This document shows positions 12,379 through 21,269 of a stretch of DNA of 64,000 bases, piece by piece. Where the stretch lies: positions 12,524,001-12,588,000 of the forward strand of contig NC_045138.2 in the NCBI RefSeq assembly GCF_008831285.2, given 5' to 3'. The stretch is from Nymphaea colorata. Taxonomy: Eukaryota. The notes under the pieces were generated by a model, which was not told the origin of the DNA, ran no database searches, and saw nothing but the letters and a program-made list of their open reading frames with translations. Position 1 is the first letter of the stretch. Each line of letters opens with the position of its first letter. The position numbers and the translations under genes are program-made.

Positions 12379-15009
12379 ACTAACTCTTCTGACCACGGAT
12401 TTTCAGCTTTTTCAAATAAAAAGGATGAAATGTTCTAAGGCGGGTTTGGTAAATGACATGCATGAAACGGATGTGCGTCCATTTCTGACACATAAGACGG
12501 GGCAAATGTTCGGCCCGGAACATTTAACCTGCCCCAATGACTGATGCGCTCCCACGGGAACATTGAGTTAGTAATTCAGACAACTCGATCGCTTCATCTC
12601 TCCGACCAACCATGGAAACCCGTGCCTCCCACACAATCGGCTTTCCAGCAACCCACTGCCTGAAGGTACCGTCTTCTTCTTCGTCAACATTTGGACGAAG
12701 CAATCACAGAATAACGAAATGAACCGGCAATTTTGAAGAACCAGAGAAAGAAAAGGGTTCACACAAGCTCCCACTTTTTTTGCGGACTTTGACGACGAAA
12801 AAGAGAAAGAAAAGATTTCTTAGAATTTCCTGGCTCTGACCCATTCAATGGACCGAATATTGGGGTTAGCTGGGCACTGTGGTTGCATGTTGTATATTCA
12901 AACATGACTCCACCAACCACAATGCTGCAAAAACCATGAGTCTCTCTAACATCAATGGTGTAAATGCATCTTGCTCACCTTGAGTAGCTCCGACGGCCGG
13001 AATCCTCCCATCCACATGAAGCATCGCTCAGCCGGCGACTTCCACATGCCGGATAGAAGGTGGAAGACGTCGGATTTGACGATCATGGCCTTGAGATTCA
13101 TCATCTCGTCGTAGTGACCCAGGCAGTTGTCGACGTACAGCCTCAGCTCGTTCTCCGGCAGGTGCTCGTGTACCGCGGCCCGGAGCTCGCACATCAGCCG
13201 GTGGTTGTCCTCCAGCCACCTCGCATACTCCATGTCGAATAATGCAGCATCTACTTTTTTAAAAAAAAAGGAAAGCCAGAACAAAGCGGAGTAAAACGCT
13301 TGTTAATATGCATGATGCAGTATCAAGTCAACGGGAGAAATATTATTTAATCGGTACAGTATTTTATCCATAATTGCATTGAGCAGAGCGTATTTCTAGG
13401 GGAATAACCGAGAGTTCTCGTTGTGGAAAAGAAAAATTAAATGGTAACAGTTGAATTTGGTTTGTTGGCAAGAATAATGGAGTTCGAGTGGTTGGAAGAA
13501 AACGCTTGCCTGCGCTCAAATTGGTGTTGCCATTAGGTAAGCCTTGCTCACCAAGTACAGCTCCCCCGAAGAATAATCCCTAGTTCAAATGATGAAAACA
13601 AATATTTAGTATCAATCTTTTCAAAAAAAATCTTTCAAATGATATGTTTTTTTGGGCAAGCCAAAGTTAACAATACACCATCTACAAAAGAGGCCCGAAT
13701 ACCTCCTATTCCTTACATCCGAAGTTTTAAACTATTTCAGCCTCATCAATGATAGTAGCCTACCATTCAATTTGGATACTACAACTACACCCCATCACTT
13801 GAAATGTAGAAGAATAGTGCGAACATGAATCAAACTAGAGATTTACTTTTTTACGAAATTATATATATTTTTTTACTTTAATCTTATACACCTTCACTTT
13901 TCTTTTTCCAGAGGTGTTGCTTACCTGAGATCTTGCTCTGTGTAACTCCTGCTCAAGCTGAGTTAGCCTTATCCTGCCAGACTCTAGCTGCTGAATGTAG
14001 GCCTGTACACATACTTATATGAAAAAAATTAAAAGAAGCAAAACTCCAAACGAGAAAGTTACTGAGAAGGGCCTAAGCAAGGATATTCTGGAAAAGAAAA
14101 GAAAGTCTCAGTTGAGTTGGTGAAGCAATGCACCTTTTTCCTAAGCCTGCTTTTCCTTGCTGCTTCCCTATTCTGCGCTAGCCTTCTTAGTGTCTAAGCG
14201 AGTTACAGAAGCAGTCAACTGGTTTAGATGTACATTATGGGGAGGAGAAATAATTGTTTTTTCATGGTGGAAGTAGAAATTAAGAGGAAATATACATCAC
14301 CTTGGCATCTGGCGTTTTTGGTCCTTCCTGATCTGAACTTGACGTTGGACCTTTGCGATTTCCATCCTTCTGGTAGGATCGATGAACACAACAACTCCAT
14401 ATCAATGAAAAATAGAGAAAGCGAGAGAGAGAGAAAGAAAGGAAACTTTGTTTTGTTTTTGTCTATTTATTTTATTACTTTATTCCCGTTTCGCATCAAA
14501 GTACCTTGACATCTTTCTCTACTCCACGCCCAGATGTCCGGTCCGTTCTTGGACTCGCCAACTCCATGGCCTGATCAGAAGATCTCTTGGTAACGCTGCT
14601 TGCCGGGGAATCGAACCCTAATTGGATACAGGTGCCCTTCGAAGGCAAGTTTCTGTCCTGGGAAGGCAGCACGGGTTCCGATTCAATTTTGCTGTTTGCT
14701 AAGACCATTACCGCCTGTGCAAGACCAAAATACGAACTCTTAATCAATGTTGTTCCTCACACGTCACCAACATGAAAGGAGAGAAGCACGATCGTGACTT
14801 CCACAGAAGAACTGAGCGTGTAAGTTCGAGAGAGAGAAAGAGTCCAGAGATGAACACATGAGTTATGTACCTTCTCTTGAGTGGAATCTGCATGCATGGG
14901 TTGAGAAGGAAAAATATTCAAAGTTGGTGGTCTAATCACTGAACTACTCTCTGCAAAAAAATGCTCCAATCAGAATTATGTTAGTCATGATATATCATCA
15001 CATTAACTC

Positions 15010-15098
<89 letters not shown>

Positions 15099-16755
15099 TG
15101 TATACTTTAAAAGCAAATAAACTAGAAGATAGAAAAACAAAATTTGATATTGTCCAAATATTTAAGGGCATTTGAGGGTCTTGAATTTTGATTCTATAAT
15201 GAAAATTTTTTAAAAACAACATTACACCTGAATTTGTTATTGAAATGAAAATTCTTGTTTTAGTTTTTCTTTGTATTTGATGGCATATAATTTTGATTTT
15301 GGAATTAAAAATGTGACATTTGATAAAACATAAATTAAAATTCTAAAATTCATGAATTAAAATGGTCTTACCCATTAAAGAGGGATGTAAAAGTTTCAAA
15401 ACTCTAAAATCACAATTCAGAAATTTTGATTCAAGAATGAACCTAAAAGTCTGGAATCAAAATTCTTTGTTTGAAAACCCAATTCTCATTTCATTATAAA
15501 AAAAAAAAATTGTAGAATTCCACAATTTCAGCCTTGTCAAATACGCCCTTAGTTCTCTTACAACAAAAGTTTTGCAGAACAAAGAAAACAAAAAAGCATG
15601 CAGGTTGGGAAATTGAAGGCAGAAAGAGTAGTAGACCAGAGTGCTGCAGCCCAGCCGGACCTCTTAATTCAAGCGTCTCCGGAACGCTGGTATTCAATCG
15701 CTTCAAAATCGATCGGGCCAAAACGATATGGACTCAATAAAGACCTTCTCACAAGTAGTAGCCAGCCGGGTTTCTTAAAGCACCAAACAGCAAGGCCTTT
15801 CTTTCCACTCTCTGTCACACTTTTTCATAGAACACGCTCAAGCAGTCGGTCAAAAACGTGTGCCTTCACGAAACCACTCTCCACACACAACCGTCGTTTC
15901 TTTCCTTTCTCTTTTCATTTTCTCCAAAGAAATTGAACAACAAAAATTTCCTTGTCCATTTTTCATTTGATAGCCATGGACCTTTTTAATCATGCAGTAT
16001 CTGATTGGAAAAAAGAATGGAGGATAGAGGAAACGCCAGCATGAGATTGAAGCAGGTGAAGTCAAGTTGTTTAGATGAGGGAAAGTTGGCCTAAAACGAA
16101 ACAGGATTATAGTTCTTTTAAACCAATTAAGCATCCTTCTTTATGGCGTTTGTGATGATTCAGAGCCTTCTTTAAGAACAATAGTAATTGCGGCTATGAC
16201 CTATCGGCCATTTATTGTCATGTTGTTTGGGATGCAATGATGCTGACAAATGCATACCAATTACACCAGAAACAGTCAAAATTCAATTAGAAAAGAAAAG
16301 GATGAAGGTGATGATGATGAAGGTAGAACTTACGCCTTTGTGCAGCGAGTGGATGATGATGACCATGGCCGTCTAGATAAAAGAAGAGCGCTTCATCCAA
16401 CTCCCCAAGGTCGTAACTCCCATTATTACCGCTGCTCTCCGTTCTTTTTACCTCAAGAAAGAGCAGAAGATCATCAAACAAAAGAAAAAATTATTCTTTC
16501 AACCAAAAGATTGACGAATAGACGACAAATGGCTTTCCTCCATATTGTTGTGTCCCTCTGCTTAGAAACAAAAAGAAGCTCCGAGCAAGGCGGCGACAAA
16601 GAAATTACGTCCCAAAGGAGGAGGAGGAGGAGGAGGAAGAAGGAGAAGAAGAAATCGGGTTCGTTTTCTTACATGAAATTTGAAGGAATCGCCGATGAAG
16701 TCTGAAGCATCCCTTCTTCTTGTAGCTGCAGTTGGTTCTCCTTACCAGCGGCCAT
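48..16755 (-). CDS. TGA10: TGA10-like bZIP transcription factor (bZIP + DOG1 domain), 11 coding exons, ~473 aa: join(16673-16755,16334-16443,14871-14950,14505-14714,14301-14369,14134-14193,13925-14002,13510-13579,12979-13250,10460-10699,48-197)
   Basis: Exon phases join into one open frame (1422 nt). Motifs YDLGELDEALFFYLDG, RPPTLNIFPSQPMH, KTPDAKTLRRLAQNREAARKSRLRKKAYIQQLE, FDMEYARWLE, SPAERCFMWMGGFRPSELLK and EYFHRLRALSSLWLARP match TGA factors, and the N-terminal motifs fit the TGA10 clade. The acceptors of exons 2 and 4 are ambiguous. Confidence 0.93.
1900..3792 (+). mobile_element. Decayed L1-type LINE ORF2 (RT and zf-RVT), part left of the Copia insertion
   Basis: Degenerate motifs KASGLDGF (~1970), IVLIPKGENARSINQYTTISLC (~2070), LDLVKVYDK (~2315) and RCCIYIC*EENSSHIFFTC (~3510), with many stops and frameshifts. 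Left end approximate. Confidence 0.8.
3798..8615 (-). mobile_element. Full-length degenerate Ty1/Copia LTR retrotransposon 1 (5' LTR 8329-8615, 3' LTR 3798-4166)
   Basis: Perfect TSD AAGCA (3793-3797, 8616-8620). tRNA-Met PBS TGGTATCAAAGC ending at 8328; PPT GAGGGGGAG at 4167-4175. Order gag (LLNGANYMVW), zinc knuckle, protease (GATHHM), integrase (VWGPAP, RSDNGGEY), RT (RLVAKGFTQ, YVDD), RNase H (ARSSAESEYRA). Many stops. Confidence 0.96.
8621..9270 (+). mobile_element. Probable 3' continuation of the decayed LINE after the Copia insertion
   Basis: Resumes directly after the Copia TSD with a purine-rich open frame to 8891. The right end is not resolved. Confidence 0.5.
10460..10699 (-). CDS. 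TGA10: TGA10-like exon 10 (ILVPQIEPLAEQQ...EDFIVQ)
   Basis: 80 codons, CAG/GTAAC boundaries, QQSSQQAEDSLSQG and YMGQMAIAMNKL motifs. Confidence 0.96.
10878..11195 (-). mobile_element. Candidate tRNA-derived SINE in TGA intron 9
   Basis: A-box-like TAGCTGATCGG (11182-11172) and B-box GTTCGATTCCC (11142-11132), about 30 nt apart. Short A-tail near 10878; no TSD found. Confidence 0.4.
12979..13250 (-). CDS. TGA10: TGA10-like exon 9, DOG1 domain (AALFDMEYARW...RPSELLK)
   Basis: Within ORF 12952-13284. TAG acceptor and GTGAG donor. Confidence 0.97.
13510..13579 (-). CDS. TGA10: TGA10-like exon 8 (GLFFGGAVLGEQGLPNGNTNLSA)
   Basis: TAG acceptor and phase-1 GC donor (CAG|GCAAG). It joins in frame to DAALFDMEY. 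Confidence 0.88.
13925..14002 (-). CDS. TGA10: TGA10-like exon 7, leucine zipper (AYIQQLESGRIRLTQLEQELHRARSQ)
   Basis: Canonical 78-nt TGA zipper exon, CAG/GTAAG boundaries. Confidence 0.97.
14134..14193 (-). CDS. TGA10: TGA10-like exon 6, bZIP basic region (TLRRLAQNREAARKSRLRKK)
   Basis: Canonical TGA basic region, TAG/GT boundaries. Confidence 0.97.
14301..14369 (-). CDS. TGA10: TGA10-like exon 5 (KDGNRKGPTSSSDQEGPKTPDAK)
   Basis: CAG/GT boundaries, 69 nt in frame. Confidence 0.92.
14505..14714 (-). CDS. TGA10: TGA10-like exon 4 (...SPASSVTKRSSDQAMELASPR...DVK)
   Basis: Phase-0 GTAC donor at 14504. In-frame acceptors are possible at 14714, 14657 or 14636. Confidence 0.75.
14871..14950 (-). 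CDS. TGA10: TGA10-like exon 3 (SSSVIRPPTLNIFPSQPMHADSTQEK)
   Basis: tttttttgcag acceptor, GTAC donor, conserved PPTLNIFPSQPMH motif. Confidence 0.92.
15014..15096. repeat. (TA)n microsatellite, about 41 units, in TGA intron 2
   Basis: Read directly. Other (TA)n tracts are at 12331-12376 and 46629-46668 and inside both Copia 1 LTRs. Confidence 0.97.
15166..15548. mobile_element. Tourist-like (PIF/Harbinger) MITE in TGA intron 2
   Basis: Ends GGGCATTTGA ... TCAAATACGCCC, flanked by TAA and TTA, with an AT-rich interior. Confidence 0.55.
16334..16443 (-). CDS. TGA10: TGA10-like exon 2 (...GSYDLGELDEALFFYLDGHGHHHPLAAQR)
   Basis: GTAAG donor at 16333. A phase-compatible acceptor gives an exon start at 16443 (AAG) or 16431 (CAG). 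Confidence 0.82.
16673..16755 (-). CDS. TGA10: TGA10-like exon 1 (MAAGKENQLQLQEEGMLQTSSAIPSNF)
   Basis: ATG at 16755 (atcATGG). The GM.Q.SS.IP.NF motif precedes a phase-2 GTAAG donor at 16672. Confidence 0.78.
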
Positions 16756-17232
16756 GATAAAAATACTTCAACCATAAAAAGAAGAAAAAGCGGAGAGCAC
16801 ACGAAGATTAAGAAGAAAGTTCCTCTCTCCCTCCCTCTCTCTCTCTCTGTCTCTCTCTCTCTCAATATCTATCTGTTTATCTATTCGACCTATTTCTCTG
16901 TCAACCTTTGCTGATGATCTTGTTGAAAGACGAAGCTGCATATAATTGAGGACGGCTTGTGTTCTCCACCATGGCGATGGAGGCTAGCTAATGGATCATA
17001 AACGTGAAGGTGGCCGTCGATGCTCCATGCTATCAAAGAGTCGGTCTCTCTCTTTCGCTCCCTCTGCGTCAAGACACGGACGCGAGGGAGAGGTGGGGGG
17101 GCTGAGGGCAAGGAGACCTTTTGGACGTTGGTGAGGGCAACGAAGAAGAAGAAGGATAAGAAGAAGAAGAAGAATAAAAAGAAGAAGAAGAAAGGGAGGA
17201 CTACGGTAGCAATAAAAAAAACTAAGAAAGGC

Positions 17233-17244
17233 ATATATTTTATA
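17233..17244 (-). promoter_or_regulatory. Probable TATA box of the TGA10-like gene
   Basis: TATAAAATATAT on the minus strand, followed by a CTT/CT-rich leader. A TGACG motif lies at 17266-17270. Confidence 0.55.
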
Positions 17245-19718
17245 AGAAGCGACAAAGCGAGAACCTGACGGCTTCTATCGCCAACCAAACCCGGAAATGG
17301 CCGGAGTTCTTGAGTTGAGGGTGGGTACCCTGCAACTTTTTTACGGCTGGACTCCTACCCTACGACTTCAAAATCACCAAACCAATTCCACGTTTCATTT
17401 CAGACTTCCAGCGCTTTGGAAACCGCCTCCCTTTTTTTATTTTCTTCCTCTCTCTCTCTCCCTCTCTACATCATAATTGGTTTTTTAAACTTTTTTTTTT
17501 TTACGTTTTCCTTCTCTCTCTTTAAAGAGTCAACGGCAGAAAATTTGATGGAAATAAAAAAAAAGAGGACGAGGAACAGCTGCGTTGTGTTCCTACATTC
17601 TTAGTTTGGAAAACTATGGATATGTGTATAATTTGGCTAATTTTTCGCGGTTTTCTATCGTGGAAGCAATTTTGCTGATAAAAATGGGTGTAAGTCACTA
17701 ACATATTAATAAATATTGTGATACTAATAACTATTGTTAACGAGTTTAAATTGTAAGCTTTTTCTTAGGTATTATTTCATAAAACAAAATTTGTGGAAAA
17801 ACCTAAGAAAAAAATTCAGTTATCTTTCACAAAGAAGTCTTCTAAATTAAGAAAAAGTAAAATAAATGAAAACCTAACATGAAACTATAAAAAATAACTT
17901 GATAAAAATGATAGAAATGCTGTTTTAGTAATGATATAAATTAAGATAACTAATTTAACTTAAGTTTTATATTAAAAAATAACGTAAAAATAATGAAAAA
18001 ATGTGAAAATTTATTTTGGAGTTCCTTATAAACAGAGGAAAAAAGATAGATTTTTTCATTTTTATTGCATTTAACGTTTTTTTAAAAGGTTTTTTGTGTG
18101 TGACAATGGCTAGTATCATGAAGTGGGTTTCACAAAAATCCTCTCTCTCTCTCTCGCGTTCCCTTCTATCTTGCTAAAATTTGTTTGGCGCTGCGGAAAG
18201 CAACAAGGGTCAATTGCAGGAATATCTTTGATCTGTGGGCACAGCCCACTAATTATATATGCCTCTTCTTCCCTGTTTGTCTTTCTCAGTCCACATTCGA
18301 ATGTATGCAACTATAAAACGTCGATGAGATCGATTTCCGTAAAACTATTTGTCCTTCTCCTTCCTGCAATAGCTACAAAATTAACTTTAAGCCACGCGAT
18401 GCGATCACTCTCAAAGGGATCTATATATATATATATATATATATATTAAGGGGCCGGCATAAGTAGCAATTTGATATTCAAATGTTTATACACATGTATT
18501 AGTAAAAATATCAAATGGGTAGGATTCAGATAATTTCAGTACGCGCTGTGTCAAATCGCATGCAACCAATAAGTGCAAAACCCCCATATTAACTCCAAGT
18601 CAGATGGGAATCTTTAGATAGTTGCCTTTCTTTTTGTAGAAATTCTGCCACATCAAATCGAACTTTGGGCTCATGCTAAATTGTCCTTTGACGATTTCAA
18701 TTATCACATACGCATTTCACAAATAATCAACTGATTCATGGTCTCTTTAATTAAAGAAGAATGCACTAATATATATATATATATATATAATCACCCATGG
18801 TTGAGAAAAAAACAAGAAGATAAAGACTTAAACTAATATTAGATAATATTCATCACCTCTTCTTGTTCTTGTCTTAATCATCCACAATGTTGCATCAAAA
18901 GTCTTTGATTAGATGGCTGGTGACTCTGGTTCACCATTCAATATATATATATATATATATAGGATTTCCTTGACTGTTGAGATGCTTAGTCTCCCACCTA
19001 TGCAGCATGATGTAGTTTGATGCATTGCATTAGATTGTATGTAGGGGCATAGATAGGTGGGGACGCCATGAGTCAAAGCTTAAATTAGTGGTTGAACTTG
19101 GGTGATTCTATGAGTCCATTCATATAAGGCAGCTCCTCGATGCTCGATTCGCTGTCTCATTACCAATTAAAATTTGTTAACTTAATGCTTAATGTCCCAT
19201 GGAAAAAAAAGATTAGCTCCACCCTTGACTACATGTATAGTGATAATTGTATTAGTTCATCATAGGGAAAATCCTTGGTTTCAAATAATTAGCATTCCCT
19301 ACTCATTAGAAGACATGTCCACGTCTAACTTTTTAATGAGAACTGTATCATGAAATCCAAAGTTAATGACGTCGAACTGAATTATAAAAGCATTCAGGGG
19401 ATCGATCAGAATGAAGGAAAATTACACGGTTCATGGGTTTCGTGTTGTTAGGATCGACTCCAACGACATATGGTCGAAATAGCAAGTATCTACCAAATTG
19501 GAACACTTGGAATGGGAATTCTTTATTGAATTCCTTAAATATAGACAGAGTATGCAAATGAGAACGCCTAGCTAGAGTTGGAATATTCGATTGACGTTTT
19601 TGTGACGTGAGTTTCGTTAAGAATCTGGTTACGGCTTAATTTTAACTAGCTAGAAATATATCTTGAAGTTTTGGTGACTCTTTTCCTTTACGGAAATAAA
19701 TAATGAAGGGATTGTTGT

Positions 19719-20171
19719 TAGGGTGAACAACGGAGCTCAAATCGTTGAACCTCAGCTCATAAATGATTTTGGATCGAGTCATTTGCTTAATGAGTCGAGC
19801 TCGAGTTCATGAGTCGACTCGTTCAAATATTGAGTTGAGTTCGAGCCCAACACATAACTGCCGAGTCGAGTTTGAACCTTAATCGAGTTTGTCGTGCCTT
19901 AACTAAGTCGATATATTCAAACATGTTTACGAGTTTATCGAGCCTTAATCGAGTCGAGCTCGAGCTCGAGCTCAATACGTAATGATAAATATCAATTCTA
20001 TTTAAACGAGTTTATCGAGCTTTAATCAAGTAGAGCTCGAGTTTAACATGCAACTGATGAGTCAAGCTTGAACTGCTTCTGTCGAGTTATTACCAAACTC
20101 CAGCCCAGTCGAGGTTGAGGTTTCATTAGTCGAATCGAACTCGAACTGACAGACGCTTGTATTCATCCTTA
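19719..20171. mobile_element. hAT-type MITE (453 bp)
   Basis: TIRs TAGGGTGAAC / ATTCATCCTTA, an 8-bp TSD ATTGTTGT / ATTATTAT (6/8), and many internal (T)CGAG(C) repeats. Confidence 0.8.
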
Positions 20172-20422
20172 ATTATTATTGTGCAGCATTATATATATAT
20201 ATACCAAGGCAGGTTATAAGCGCTCTGAGAAGACAGCATCTCATACAAGCATACACAATAATATTGATGACATGGCTGTAGTAAATGCCTAGAAATGCCC
20301 GTGAGACAAGCGAGCGAATTTCCATGTTGCGTGACCTAAGTTGTTTTTATTGCAAGTGACCTCTCAAAGGACACGACTCGACAGGTGTGCTTCCTCAACT
20401 TAAACCCCGCCCGACCTCCCAG

Positions 20423-21137
20423 CGTCATGCCTTACGGGAGAATAGTTGGGCGACCAGCAGGGTTCCAGTAAAAGCTGAAACCTTCTCTTTTCTTTTCCTT
20501 CATCCCTAACATCCAAAATCTCTGCCTAAACCTGTTCGCCTTTTCTTGCTTCCTTCTCCCACAAGTTAACTTACCACATGAACACCCCCCTTCTATTTTC
20601 TGGTTGCCAAAGAGAATATGGATCGGATCAACGTCAGTTTTAGACCCATTTGCGCGGTTGTGTGATCACAATCAACACGAGTTCGGATCCAGTACCCGGG
20701 CAGGTGGACCCGAGCTTTCGGTTTCGTCATTAGACTGCAGCGTCAGGAGCGGAGCATTATGGTAATCTGTCGCTTACCCAACGGCGAGAGGTCGGCAACT
20801 CGAGCGCTGACGTCAGGATGAGATAGGGATGACTACGTGTTCCGTGCGCGAAGGCGATGTCCTTTCACTGTCATTGAGAAGCCCAAGGCGTTAAGCGGGG
20901 CGGGGCCCACCTCGGTAGGGTCATTATAAAAACCAGAACCCCCGGAAGGAGCAGGTGGGGGTGGACGCCACCACGGTTGTGAATGTGGGCCCCGGGGCAA
21001 GAGAGGGCCTTATTTTTCAAGTCTCAACTGCTCCAAACTCCGCGTCCACGCACACCACGGCGTCCCTTCCAAATCACCAGATGCCCACGATTTGACGGCC
21101 ATGACCGTCCATTCTTTAGTTCTGTACGTTTCTGACG
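20423..21137. promoter_or_regulatory. CpG-rich island with clustered TGACG motifs and two GTGGGCCC (class I TCP-type) sites; putative distal enhancer
   Basis: TGACG/CGTCA at 20423, 20632, 20725, 20741, 20808 (palindromic TGACGTCA), 21093 and 21133. GGGCCCAC at 20903 and GTGGGCCC at 20985. Confidence 0.45.
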
Positions 21138-21269
21138 ACATCACTGGGTTAGCTCAGCCTGCGGGTTTTTTTTTTTTTGTTTTATGAATAAAAAATGTAT
21201 AAATATTTCAGGCTTCTTTGTTCTTCTTTTACTGTATTTGCCAACTGCAGATGTGGTCATCCAAAAAAT

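Noticed and set aside
12499..12535. Short hairpin GGGGCA-AATGTTC...GAACATT-TGCCCC in intron 9
   Set aside because: Too short and bulged for a miRNA precursor; could arise by chance.
16250..17288. ORFs of 82-151 aa around TGA exons 1-2 and the leader
   Set aside because: Antisense or low-complexity (GAA/CTT, GA) reading frames without domain features.
19780..20150. Regularly recurring CGAG repeats as a CRISPR-like array
   Set aside because: No constant repeat-spacer period, eukaryotic context, and explained as hAT subterminal motifs.
21142..21150. CACTG as the 5' end of CACTA 1
   Set aside because: No further TIR match, and the flanks (CAT vs TGA) do not form a TSD.
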